A stretch of 64,000 bases of DNA. Origin: Terriglobia bacterium (GTDB lineage: Bacteria > Acidobacteriota > Terriglobia > JAJPHL01 > JAPKYU01). Position numbers and translations under genes: made by a program. The DNA lies in NCBI GenBank assembly GCA_965223005.1, contig CBDCVK010000006.1, positions 64,001-128,000 on the forward strand. Reading direction: 5' to 3'. The notes under the pieces were generated by a model. It made no database searches. It was not told where the DNA came from and saw only the letters and a program-made list of their open reading frames with translations. Below are positions 47,745 to 59,683 of this stretch, in pieces (positions within the stretch are counted from its first letter, which is position 1; the number at the start of each line of letters is the position of its first letter).

Positions 47745-49340
47745 CTACGCCGACTGCCCCGGGCCGGGTTCGGGTGGCCGCCTTCTTTGTTTCGCGATTC
47801 CGTATAACTCGCTGACCTCCTCACAGCGTAACAATCGGGCCATGCCAAAGAATACCAGGATTCCCGCGGCCAGCATGCCGGCCAGCATCATCACCTGCCA
47901 GCTCAGGGGATGTGGCTGCTGGAAGCCGGAGGCCTGCAACATGCTCCAGCAGGCCAGCCCCATAACAGCAGTTGCCACCGACGCCTTGCCCACCGAAAGC
48001 AGGATGGCGCGATGGCCCAGCTCGCCGTAGCGGCGCACGAAAATCCCCAGCAGCAGGGCGAAGTTGAGGAAACCGGCCAGTGAGGTGGCCGCTGCCGGAC
48101 CGCCATTGCGCAGGGGCTCGAGAAACATAAAGTTAAACACCACGTTAGCCACCATGACGATGGCAGCAACCTTCACCGGCGTGCGCATGTCCTGGGTCGA
48201 GTAGAAAGCGGGCACGATGATCTTGGTCGCGGCAAACCAGGGCAGGCCAAAGGCAAAGAACAGCAAGGCCCAGGCAGTTATCTGGGTGGAGCGCTCATCG
48301 AAACGCCCATGCTGGAACAACACCTGGATGATTGGCTCCCGCAAGATCACCAGGCCTACCATCGCTGGGATGGTTATAAAGGAAACAATGCGCAGGGAAA
48401 AGGAAATTGTTTGTCGCAGCGCGTCCATGTTCTTTTCTACTACCTGCTGGGCCATCATCGGCAGGATGGCCGTTGCCACGGCAATGGCGTAGCCACCCAA
48501 CACCAGCTCCATGACCCGGTCGGCGATTTGCAGTGACATCAGGCTGCCCTGGGGCATCAACTTATGGGTCGCAAACACGGTATCCACCACAAAGTTGATC
48601 TGGGCCACGCCAATTCCTACAAACCCGGGCACCATCAGCTGAGCCACTCGACGGATTCCCGGGTGGCGAAAGGAAATTCCGAAACTGAAGCGCATCCCGT
48701 GCCTCCACAGCAAGGGAAGCTGCAGGGCGAGCTGGAGGAGACCACCAAGTACGACTCCAAACGCCAGTGGAATTGCAGGCTGCTCGAAGCGGAGAGCTAC
48801 CAAAGAAAAGCCAATGACACTCAGGTTCAATAGTACCGGGGCCAGCGCCGGAACGGCAAAGATCCGAAAGCTGTTCAGGATGGCCATGGCGAGCGCTGAC
48901 AGGCCGATGAAGAAAATGTAAGGCCACATGATGCGGTTCAGCAGAACCGCCAGCTCGAGGTCCACATTGCCGGTGCCCAGCGTCAACAAGTCCACCAGGG
49001 TGGGAGAGAAAATGACGCCCAGTACCGTAACGACCGCCAGCAACAGCGAGAGCGTCCAGAACATGCGATTGGCAAATTCCCTCCACTCGTGGCTCTCCTT
49101 TTCCTTGAGGAAGGTGGCGAAAACGGGAATAAATGAGGCGCTCATTGAACCTTCCGCCACTAGCCTTCTGAGAAGATTGGGAATCCTGTAGGCAAGGACG
49201 AAGGAATCACTAACCACGGAGGTGCCCAGAATGTAGGCAATTCGCTGGTCGCGGACGTAGCCCAATACGCGGCTGACCAGGGTCAGCGTGCTAATGATCC
49301 CCGCCGACCGTAAAATCTGCTTTGTATCTTTCGAGGACAG
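47745..49340 (-). CDS. murJ: Lipid II flippase MurJ (probable CTG start at 49340)
   Basis: SRVLGYVRD; AYRIPNLLRRLVAEG..SASFIPVF; FYSTQDMRTP; conserved N-terminus extends upstream of the TTG at 49265. Confidence 0.93.
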   Translation of the reverse strand: MSSKDTKQILRSAGIISTLTLVSRVLGYVRDQRIAYILGTSVVSDSFVLAYRIPNLLRRLVAEGSMSASFIPVFATFLKEKESHEWREFANRMFWTLSLLLAVVTVLGVIFSPTLVDLLTLGTGNVDLELAVLLNRIMWPYIFFIGLSALAMAILNSFRIFAVPALAPVLLNLSVIGFSLVALRFEQPAIPLAFGVVLGGLLQLALQLPLLWRHGMRFSFGISFRHPGIRRVAQLMVPGFVGIGVAQINFVVDTVFATHKLMPQGSLMSLQIADRVMELVLGGYAIAVATAILPMMAQQVVEKNMDALRQTISFSLRIVSFITIPAMVGLVILREPIIQVLFQHGRFDERSTQITAWALLFFAFGLPWFAATKIIVPAFYSTQDMRTPVKVAAIVMVANVVFNFMFLEPLRNGGPAAATSLAGFLNFALLLGIFVRRYGELGHRAILLSVGKASVATAVMGLACWSMLQASGFQQPHPLSWQVMMLAGMLAAGILVFFGMARLLRCEEVSELYGIAKQRRRPPEPGPGQSA

Positions 49341-49460
49341 CTACGAAGTCTCCAGAAATGAGTGAGTTACGCCCTGGTCAGCTTGACATCCCACGAACGC
49401 TATACTAGCATAGCCCGACGCCTTGGGGCAAAAGGGCGCGATGAGGTGTCTGGCGCGACC

Positions 49461-49961
49461 TTGAGTCAGTCCACACACAAGCGGGTCTTGGTTCGAAAAA
49501 TGAATAAGGAGGTCGTGCGTGGCTATGTGAATCCCCAAACTTTCCTCAAATCTGAAGGGGTTGAGATACTTTCTGTCACCGGGCAGGTTGTCTCCCTGTC
49601 CTACAAGGAGATCAAGGGTGTCCATTTCGTCCGGGACTTCGAAGGCAATCCCAGCCACCTGGAGCGCAAGGTGTTCACTTCCCGGCCCAAGTTGGACGGC
49701 CTGTGGCTGCGGATGAAATTCAAGGACAACGAAGTGCTGGACGGCATCTTGCCCAACAACCTTTTGCTGGTCGGCGAAAAAGGTTTCACCGTGGTTCCCC
49801 CAGACCCCTATGCGAACAGTCAGCGCATTTATGTCCCAAAGTCTTCGCTGGCTGAACTGACCGTCATGGGAGTGATTGGGAACCCGCTCAGGCACCCGCT
49901 GAGGCAGAAGAAGCGCGCTGCGGTAGCGGCGCAGGCGCAAATCCGACTGTTTACCGAATAG
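49461..49961 (+). CDS. Conserved-looking hypothetical protein
   Basis: Long ORF ahead of lpxD; STHKRVLVRK...KGVHFVRDF...RPKLDGLW; function not recognised. Confidence 0.7.
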   Translation: MSQSTHKRVLVRKMNKEVVRGYVNPQTFLKSEGVEILSVTGQVVSLSYKEIKGVHFVRDFEGNPSHLERKVFTSRPKLDGLWLRMKFKDNEVLDGILPNNLLLVGEKGFTVVPPDPYANSQRIYVPKSSLAELTVMGVIGNPLRHPLRQKKRAAVAAQAQIRLFTE

Positions 49962-50010
49962 CCGTGGCTCGGCCCATTGGCCTCATCCTCGAACTGGAAC
50001 GCTAACTCCC

Positions 50011-51057
50011 ATGAAACTTTCCAAAATTGCTGAACGGCTGAGCTGCGCCCTGGAGGGCGACGGCGAGTTGGAAATCACCGGCGTTGCTGGCATGGAGCAG
50101 GCCGGACCCTCCGAACTGACCTTTCTAGCCAACCCGCGCTATGCGCCCAGGTTGAGCCAGACCCGGGCGGCGGCGGCCGTTGTCTCCCCCGATATAGGGT
50201 CCATCGGGCGGCCGGTGCTCCGCTCGCCCAATCCTTACCTGTGCTTTGCTCGGGCGCTGGAGTTGTTCTACCGCCCGCCACGACCCGTGCCGGGCATTCA
50301 TCCGCAGGCAGCCGTCGCGGCCAGCGCGCGCCTGGGAAAAAACGCCAGCGTGGGTCCTTTCGTCTCCATTGATGAGGACGTGGAGATTGGTGACAACGCC
50401 GTGCTGCACTCCCATGTAGCCGTCTATCGCGGGGCGCGCATTGGAAACGATTTCTATGCCCACAGCCACGCTGTAGTCCGAGAGTATTGCCGGATCGGTG
50501 ACCGGGTCATCTTGCAAAACGGCGTCATCATCGGGTCCGACGGCTACGGGTTTGCCCGCCAGGACGATGGCAGTCACTACAAAATCGTGCAGGCGGGCGT
50601 GGTGATCCTGGAAGATGACGTGGAAGTGCAGGCCCATAGCTGCATTGACCGGGGAACAATGGGCGAGACACGCATCAAGGCCGGCGCCAAGATTGACAAC
50701 CTGGTGCAGGTGGGCCATGCCTGCACAGTCGGCGAGAATAGTCTGCTGTGCGCCCAGGTAGGGTTGGCGGGCAGCACCGAACTGGGCCGCAATGTGCTAC
50801 TGGCCGGTCAGGCTGCTTCTGCCGGCCACCTCAAGATGGGCGACGGCGCCGTGCTGACTGCCAAGTCGGCTGTCCACCGCGATGTCCCCGCAGGGCAGAT
50901 GATTTCCGGCGCGCCCGGCCTGGACAACAAGCTGTGGCTGCGCTGCATCACCGCCTTCAGCCGTCTACCCGAACTGTTCCACACGGTTCGGGACCTGAAG
51001 GGAGAAGTGGAGCGGTTGAGGAAACCCCCCAGGAAAAGTAAACGGAAAAGCGCATGA
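50011..51057 (+). CDS. lpxD: UDP-3-O-acylglucosamine N-acyltransferase
   Basis: LTFLANPRY; NPYLCFA; hexapeptide repeats; GSDGYGFA; KIDNLVQVGH; AQVGLAGS. Confidence 0.95.
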   Translation: MKLSKIAERLSCALEGDGELEITGVAGMEQAGPSELTFLANPRYAPRLSQTRAAAAVVSPDIGSIGRPVLRSPNPYLCFARALELFYRPPRPVPGIHPQAAVAASARLGKNASVGPFVSIDEDVEIGDNAVLHSHVAVYRGARIGNDFYAHSHAVVREYCRIGDRVILQNGVIIGSDGYGFARQDDGSHYKIVQAGVVILEDDVEVQAHSCIDRGTMGETRIKAGAKIDNLVQVGHACTVGENSLLCAQVGLAGSTELGRNVLLAGQAASAGHLKMGDGAVLTAKSAVHRDVPAGQMISGAPGLDNKLWLRCITAFSRLPELFHTVRDLKGEVERLRKPPRKSKRKSA

Positions 51058-52064
51058 AAATCGTCAGCCGCGCCCCCACGCGGGTGGATCTGGCCGGCGG
51101 CACGTTGGACATCTGGCCGCTCTACCTGTTCCACGAGGACGCCCAGACGATCAACTTCGCTACCACGCTCTACGCCACCTGCGTCATCGAGCCTCGGCGC
51201 GACAAGCGGATTCACCTTAAATCCCACGATCTGGGACTCGGCGAGACTTTCGGGAACCTCGCGCAGGTGATCAAGGCCGATCGCTACAAGCTCCCTTTGC
51301 TAGCTCGCCTGATCCGCTTCTTTGCACCGGTCCAAGGTCTGACGCTGACCACCACCTCGGAGGCCCCGGCCGGAGCCGGTATCGCCGGCTCCTCGGCCCT
51401 GAACATAGCCGTGTGCGGGGCGCTCAACCAGTGGACCGGGGCAGGCTTCCCCAAGTCCAAATTGGTGGAGATTGCTCGCAACGTGGAGGCCCAGGTGATC
51501 CGCGTGCCCACCGGGGATCAGGACTTTTATCCGGCGACCTATGGTGGCGTGAACGCCATTCGGCTGACGCCCGGCGGCGTGATCCGGGAACGAGTTCGGG
51601 TGGACAGCGGAGCGCTGCTGCGCCGGCTCGTGCTGGCCTACACCGGGTTCCCACGCGAGTCGGGCATCAACAACTGGGAGGTGATGAAAGCGCACATTGA
51701 TGGTGACAAGCGGGTGATCCGCAACTTCACCCGTATCGCCGAAATTTCGCGGCTGCTTCGGTGGGCGCTGGAGCGGCAGGACTGGGAAGAAGTGGGTCGC
51801 TTGATCCAGGCCGAATGGAACCATCGCAAGAGAAACGCCCCGGGCATCACAACGCCGCTCATTGAGCGCCTGACCCGGGTGGCTTCCCGCCACGGGGCGA
51901 CCGCGGCCAAGGTCTGCGGAGCCGGAGGCGGGGGTTGCGTGCTGTTCTACGTGGAGGACGGCGCTAAGCGACGCGTAGCCCAAGCGCTGGCGAGCCATGG
52001 CGGCCGTATCCTGCCTGTCGGCATCTCGGCCCACGGACTCACCGTCCGGGTGTACCGGACATGA
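51054..52064 (+). CDS. GHMP-family sugar kinase (HddA-like)
   Basis: APTRVDLAGGTLD; PAGAGIAGSS; GDQD; KVCGAGGGG. Confidence 0.88.
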   Translation: MKIVSRAPTRVDLAGGTLDIWPLYLFHEDAQTINFATTLYATCVIEPRRDKRIHLKSHDLGLGETFGNLAQVIKADRYKLPLLARLIRFFAPVQGLTLTTTSEAPAGAGIAGSSALNIAVCGALNQWTGAGFPKSKLVEIARNVEAQVIRVPTGDQDFYPATYGGVNAIRLTPGGVIRERVRVDSGALLRRLVLAYTGFPRESGINNWEVMKAHIDGDKRVIRNFTRIAEISRLLRWALERQDWEEVGRLIQAEWNHRKRNAPGITTPLIERLTRVASRHGATAAKVCGAGGGGCVLFYVEDGAKRRVAQALASHGGRILPVGISAHGLTVRVYRT

Positions 52065-52090
52065 AGCGGCAAGCTACTCGGGTTGAAAGA

Positions 52091-52118
52091 GCAGATTCCT
52101 CGCTTCGCTCGGAATGAC
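52091..52118. repeat. REP-like palindromic motif
   Basis: GCAGATTCCTCGCTTCGCTCGGAATGAC hairpin (ATTCC/GGAAT) in the intergenic region; single copy in the window. Confidence 0.45.
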
Positions 52119-52132
52119 CAGGGAGCACCCTC

Positions 52133-52190
52133 GCCAGAATCGCAGAGACCGGGCCAGAATCGCAGAGACCGCGCCAGGATCGCAGTGACC
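52133..52190. repeat. 20-bp-period tandem repeat x3
   Basis: GCCAGAATCGCAGAGACCG at 52133 and 52153; GCCAGGATCGCAGTGACC at 52173. Confidence 0.85.
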
Positions 52191-52201
52191 ACGGTTGAAC
52201 C

Positions 52202-53088
52202 ATGACCCCTAAGTTTCCCCTTCCGTTTGCTGGCCCGCCGGGTCGTTTGCGGGCGGCCTGGCGCTTCTTTCTGTTCGTTCTCCTGTATGTGCTTTCTGCC
52301 TGGGTGGTGATGGGATTGTTGCTGTTTCCGGCATCCCCGCCTACGGCCAACCTGCAGTTCGTGCTGTTCTCGGTGATCGCGGGCTTGTTCGCGGTGGCGA
52401 TGGCCACATGGTTCATGCTGGGAGCGGTGGAGCACCGACCGCTCAGCTTTGTCGGGCTGGGAGGCGAGCCGGGCTGGTTTTCCCAACTGGCCGGCGGCTT
52501 TCTGCTGGGGCTCGCCATGATAGGGGGTGTCGCATTGCTGCAGTGGGCCACCGGGCACTTGCGGGTGGTTCCAAGCGGGGTTCCGGCAGCGGACGGTGTC
52601 GCCCGCCTGCTGTTGTTTTTCTTCGTTTTTCTGGCCGGCGCAGTGCACGAGGAGCTGCTGGCCCGCGGCTACCCCTTCCAGCGGCTGCTGGAGGTACTTG
52701 GGACGCCAGCGGCGGTATTAGTCCAGGGGGCCATTTTTGCCGCCCTGCATTACAGCAATCCCAGCGCCAGCTTGGTGGGCACGGTTAACACCATGCTGGT
52801 AGGTATCTTGTTCGCCGTCGCCTACCTGCGCACCGGACGACTGTGGCTGCCCATTGGGCTGCATTGGGGCTGGAACTTTTTTGAAGCGGCTTTTGGATTT
52901 CCCGTGAGTGGGATTAGAATAGTATGTGGACCGCTGGTGGCAGAGGTCAGCGGAGCCGAGTTGCTCCACGGCGGTGGGTACGGGCCGGAAGCGTCATTGC
53001 CCGCTACGTTGGTGATTTCGGCGGTCACTGTGGCGCTGATCCTGCGAGGGGGTCAAAGCCAGACGCCAGCGCGCTCGAGCGAAGTTCA

Positions 53089-53092
<4 letters not shown>
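52202..53092 (+). CDS. CPBP/Abi (CAAX) intramembrane metalloprotease
   Basis: HEELLARG; FAALH; LWLPIGLHWGWN; GPEAS. Confidence 0.9.
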
Positions 53093-55153
<2,061 letters not shown>

Positions 55154-55209
55154 AACGAAAAAGTCCCGGACTAAGAGCTCCGGCCTTGGACCCTGAACAG
55201 GGACGGTTT

Positions 55210-56418
55210 ATGCCTAAGCTTTCCATTCGCGACCTCCAGCTGAAAGGGAAGCGCGTCTTCATTCGGGTGGATTTCAACGTCCCCCTGGCGGGTGATCATG
55301 TGGAAGACGACACCCGCATCCGCGAGACTCTGCCCACGCTTCGGCTGGCGATCGAGGGCGGTGCGCGGCTGGTACTGGCCTCGCATCTGGGTCGTCCCAA
55401 GGGCAAAGTGAATCCCAAGTATAGTCTCAAGCCCGCGGCCGGCCGGCTCGCCGAGCTGCTCGGCAAACCTGCCAACTTTGCTCCCGACTGCGTGGGTCAG
55501 GAGGTCGAGCGATTGGCAGGTGCCTTGAAGGACGGCGACGTGTTGCTGCTCGAGAACCTGCGCTTCCACCCCGAGGAGGAAGCCAATGACCCGAAGTTTT
55601 CCCGGCAGCTGGCCGCACTGTGCGACATCTACGTGAACGATGCCTTCGGCAGCGCGCACCGGGCTCACGCGTCCACCGAGGGAATTGCCCGCCACGTGAC
55701 GCCAGCGGCCGCCGGCCTGCTAATGGAGAAGGAGTTGCGGTATCTGACGCAAGCCATCACCGACCCCGCCCGTCCGTATGTGGCGATTCTCGGCGGCGCC
55801 AAAGTGTCCGACAAGATTGAGGTGATTAACAATCTGCTGCAGCTTTGCGACAGCCTGTTGATCGGCGGGGCCATGGCCTACACCTTCCTTCGCGTCAAAG
55901 GACGACCCGTGGGCGGTTCGCTGGTGGAAGCCGACAAGCTGGACCTGGCGCAGCGGGTGCTCGACGAAATCAAGCAGCGTAAGTTCCGCTTCCTGCTTCC
56001 CTCCGATCACGTCACCGCCCAGAAAGCGGAAGCGGGCGCCGAAAAGCACGTGGTGGATGACTCGGCGCCCGGCGGCGTTGCGGAGGGCTGGATGGGGTTG
56101 GACATCGGCCCGGCCACCACCCGTACCTATGCAGCCGAGATTGCCCGCGCCAAAACTGTAGTGTGGAACGGCCCGATGGGTGTGTTTGAGATCGACGATT
56201 TCGCCCAGGGCACTCTGGAAGTGGCTCGGGCAGTGGCCGCCTCTGGGGCGCTCAGTATTGTCGGCGGCGGCGACTCGGTTTCGGCTCTGGCCAAGGCCGG
56301 GCTCACGGAGAAGGTCACCCACGTCTCCACGGGCGGGGGGGCCTCGCTGGAATTTCTCGCCGGGCGAAAGCTGCCCGGCGTGGAAGCCCTCACGGAAGCC
56401 ACCCGCGCCAGCCGGTAG
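55210..56418 (+). CDS. pgk: Phosphoglycerate kinase
   Basis: RVDFNVP; SHLGRP; LLENLRF; GGAKVSDK; WNGPMGVFE; STGGGASLE. Confidence 0.98.
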   Translation: MPKLSIRDLQLKGKRVFIRVDFNVPLAGDHVEDDTRIRETLPTLRLAIEGGARLVLASHLGRPKGKVNPKYSLKPAAGRLAELLGKPANFAPDCVGQEVERLAGALKDGDVLLLENLRFHPEEEANDPKFSRQLAALCDIYVNDAFGSAHRAHASTEGIARHVTPAAAGLLMEKELRYLTQAITDPARPYVAILGGAKVSDKIEVINNLLQLCDSLLIGGAMAYTFLRVKGRPVGGSLVEADKLDLAQRVLDEIKQRKFRFLLPSDHVTAQKAEAGAEKHVVDDSAPGGVAEGWMGLDIGPATTRTYAAEIARAKTVVWNGPMGVFEIDDFAQGTLEVARAVAASGALSIVGGGDSVSALAKAGLTEKVTHVSTGGGASLEFLAGRKLPGVEALTEATRASR

Positions 56419-56513
56419 CAGCCGCCTTTGGGAAGAATGGAAGTGGGCAACAGTCGAGAATTTCTTGCGATGATAGAATGGATAAAGATGGGGGTCTGAA
56501 ATAGGAGAAGGCC

Positions 56514-58925
56514 ATGCCGGTCAACGCCAAACAGGAAATCCAGTCTGGGCACGGTTACGATCTGGAGATCTTACAGAGAATTCAACATCGGGTTCTCTGG
56601 CTCAGCACGCAGATGATCCACCATGCCAATTCCGTGCGCGACAATCCCGGCAAGGTGAAGGTGGGTGGGCATCAAGCCAGTTCCGCGTCCATGGTAAGCC
56701 TGATGACCGCGCTTTACTTTCACACTTTGCGCACCGGTGACCGAGTGTCCGTGAAGCCCCATGCCTCCCCCGTTTATCATGCCATTCAGTTTCTGCTGGG
56801 GAAGTTGCCGGAAGAGAAGCTCAAGGAATTCCGCAGTTTCAAAGGATTGCAGGCCTATCCCAGCCGCACCAAGGATGTGGATGGAGTGGACATTTCTACC
56901 GGCTCGATAGGGCTCGGGGCGGTCACACCCAACTTTGCGGCGCTCACACAGCAGTTTGTTCAGGACCATTTCGGTCGTCCTGGACGAAGTCGCTTTGTTG
57001 CCCTCGTGGGAGATGCCGAATTGGATGAAGGAAATGTCTGGGAAGCTCTCGGGGAAGAGAATCTCCGGCGCCTGGGCCGGGTGCTTTGGATTATTGACCT
57101 CAATCGACAAAGCCTGGATCGGGTCGTACCCAGTGGGAAGGCGCAAAAAATCGAGGAAATGTTCCGCGTCAACGACTGGCATGTGCTGGAACTGAAATAC
57201 GGCCGACGCTTGGAAGAAGCCTTTGCTCGGCCAGCCGGGCAGAAGTTGCGCCTTCGCATTGATTTGATGAGCAACGAGGAGTATCAAAGCCTGCTGCGGC
57301 TCAATGATGGAGAGAAAATCCGACAAAAGTTAGCATGGAGTGACGGAGTCCTCGACGAGGAATTGCTGCGCCTGCTCGAGACTTATCCCGCCCGGGAAAT
57401 GAAGAGTTTGTTATCGGATCTGGCTGGGCATGATTTACAAGAAATCCTGACCGTTCTCGAAGAAGCTGAGCAGATTAACACCGGCCCCGTGGTCATTGTG
57501 GCCTATACCATCAAAGGCTGGAGCTTGCCCATTGCTGGTGACCCACTGAATCATTCCAAGCTGCTGACCCAGCAGCAAATGGAGGAACTCCAGCAGCAAT
57601 TGGAAGTCCCTACGGGGGAGGAGTTTGCAGGCTTCGCTGAGGGAAGCCCGGAGGCGCGCTATGTTCAATCTCACCTGCAGCGCTTGAAATTACAAGCAGA
57701 GGAGTTGAGCGCTCCTGGTCCAGCGGCCCACCCACCAATTCCCGAGACACTGCACTCCACCTACAAGGGGGAGACGTCTACCCAGCAGGCTCTGGGCAGT
57801 CTCCTGCTGGCCTGCAGCCGTATCCCCGAGATTGCCGAACGACTGGTCACCGTCTCACCTGACGTGGCTACCTCTACCAACCTGGGCGGATGGATCAACA
57901 AGATGGGGGTATATTGCCCCCAGGAAATGAACAATTACTTTCGCGAAAATGCGATTCCATTAATGCTAAATTGGGAGCAGAAGCCGCGAGGCCATCATAT
58001 TGAGCTGGGTGTTTCCGAAAATAACCTTTTCCTGCTTCTGAACGCGCTCGGCTTGGCCCAAGAACTCAGCGGAGAAACGTTGCTTCCGATGGGAACCCTC
58101 TATGACCCATTCGTTTGTCGGGGTCTAGATGCTCTCATCTATTCAGCTTACAGCAAATCAAAGTTTATCTTTGCTGCTACGCCTTCGGGAATCACGTTGG
58201 GCCCGGAAGGCGGGTCTCATCAGTCCTTCATCACTCCATCCATCGGCATCGAACTGCCCAATCTGGTTTACTACGAGCCCACTTTTGCCCACGAACTGGA
58301 ATGGATTTTCTTGGCAGCATTGAGAAACCTGTTGGATCGGAAGGAAGGGCAAATTGTTTATTTGCGGCTGTCCACTCGACCTATCGAGCAAGCTCTTTTC
58401 CCGCAAAAAAGGTTGGGCGACGAGACATACGCCAACACTTTGCGTGAACATGTCGTGCGCGGTGGTTATCGGATTGTCGATTACAGTGCCGAGCCCTCCT
58501 ACCAACCTGGAGTGAATGTCGTAAACATTTTCTCCTGCGGGGTCATGATCCCCAATGCCATAGAAGCCAGCCAGTTACTTCGCGAGGAAGACGTCTTTGC
58601 CAATGTGATTAGCGCGACCAGTCCCTGTCTCCTCTATCGCAGCTGGCAACAAGCCAACAAGCACAGGATGAAAAGCTCGACCGCCGGAGTCGGTTTTCAT
58701 CTGGAACGTTTGATCCCTCTGGCGGAACGCCAGGCCCCCGTCGTCACCGTGATGGATGGCCATTCCCACGCGCTTTCCTTTATTGGCAGTGTCTTTGGGA
58801 CCAGAACCATCGGTCTGGGAGTGGAGGAATTTGGCCAGTCGGGTACCCAAAAAGAACTTTACGATTACTATGGAATCAGCACCGGAACCATTGTTGAAGC
58901 GGCCATACAGTCACTGGAAGAGTGA
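56514..58925 (+). CDS. Homodimeric 2-oxoacid (pyruvate) dehydrogenase E1 / transketolase-like TPP enzyme
   Basis: KVGGHQASSAS; KPHASP; STGSIGLG; GDAELDEGN; NRQSLD; EGGSHQS; YLRLSTR. Confidence 0.88.
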   Translation: MPVNAKQEIQSGHGYDLEILQRIQHRVLWLSTQMIHHANSVRDNPGKVKVGGHQASSASMVSLMTALYFHTLRTGDRVSVKPHASPVYHAIQFLLGKLPEEKLKEFRSFKGLQAYPSRTKDVDGVDISTGSIGLGAVTPNFAALTQQFVQDHFGRPGRSRFVALVGDAELDEGNVWEALGEENLRRLGRVLWIIDLNRQSLDRVVPSGKAQKIEEMFRVNDWHVLELKYGRRLEEAFARPAGQKLRLRIDLMSNEEYQSLLRLNDGEKIRQKLAWSDGVLDEELLRLLETYPAREMKSLLSDLAGHDLQEILTVLEEAEQINTGPVVIVAYTIKGWSLPIAGDPLNHSKLLTQQQMEELQQQLEVPTGEEFAGFAEGSPEARYVQSHLQRLKLQAEELSAPGPAAHPPIPETLHSTYKGETSTQQALGSLLLACSRIPEIAERLVTVSPDVATSTNLGGWINKMGVYCPQEMNNYFRENAIPLMLNWEQKPRGHHIELGVSENNLFLLLNALGLAQELSGETLLPMGTLYDPFVCRGLDALIYSAYSKSKFIFAATPSGITLGPEGGSHQSFITPSIGIELPNLVYYEPTFAHELEWIFLAALRNLLDRKEGQIVYLRLSTRPIEQALFPQKRLGDETYANTLREHVVRGGYRIVDYSAEPSYQPGVNVVNIFSCGVMIPNAIEASQLLREEDVFANVISATSPCLLYRSWQQANKHRMKSSTAGVGFHLERLIPLAERQAPVVTVMDGHSHALSFIGSVFGTRTIGLGVEEFGQSGTQKELYDYYGISTGTIVEAAIQSLEE

Positions 58926-59017
58926 AGCAACCTTGGAAAGCTAGGTTGCTACCGAATCATCAGCAAAAGTAGCAGAACTGCCAGCCGGCACTTGGTACCT
59001 GACACCCGAACCTGCCT

Positions 59018-59626
59018 TTAGTCAAAACTCTTGCGCATCATCTCGGCGAAGTTCTCCCCCGACTCGGTCCACAGCAAGCGCTTTTCGACCGGCAGTCGGT
59101 TCTCCAATTGGTGGACGAAGTCCATCAGCTTGCGGAGGTTTTCCTGAAGGCGCCGGCGATAGTCGCCTGTCAGCATGCGCGCCTGGGCATCGGGGATGTC
59201 CTGGTCCGCACGGAAGGGCGTGTCCAGACCAAAATCCACTTCCAGGTGACCGCGCTCGGTTTGTCCGTCCTCAAAATCGGGGCCGTGGCAAAGCAATGTG
59301 ACCGAGCGCGCTGCCCTCCTCCAGGCCGCTGCGCCCCCGTTGGTCTGGAATACCCACAGGTCCCAGAACATGGACGCTTGGTAGGAATAATCGACATGCA
59401 GGAACTCGGCGGCCAGCGCCAGGACGTCGCCAATTTCGGCGCCCTCGCGGAATGTCTGATCCACAACGGGAGGCTCGGTCCAGTTGAGAGGATGGACCCG
59501 CAGAGCCTGCACCCGGGGGCGCAACTCGGAGTAGGGAAATGCCTCCAACAGTACGCGGAAGCGTTCTAGCATCCGCGCCTCTTCTTGCTCCTTTAGCCAG
59601 AGACTTAGGTAGAAACGGTCAGCCAT
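59018..59626 (-). CDS. Hypothetical protein
   Basis: 202-aa ORF with ATG start and normal composition; no motif recognised. Confidence 0.7.
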   Translation of the reverse strand: MADRFYLSLWLKEQEEARMLERFRVLLEAFPYSELRPRVQALRVHPLNWTEPPVVDQTFREGAEIGDVLALAAEFLHVDYSYQASMFWDLWVFQTNGGAAAWRRAARSVTLLCHGPDFEDGQTERGHLEVDFGLDTPFRADQDIPDAQARMLTGDYRRRLQENLRKLMDFVHQLENRLPVEKRLLWTESGENFAEMMRKSFD

Positions 59627-59683
59627 GAGTTTGTTCGGACTGCTCTGCTCGATGACTGTGGGCTACGTCCTCGAGCTGCGCAC

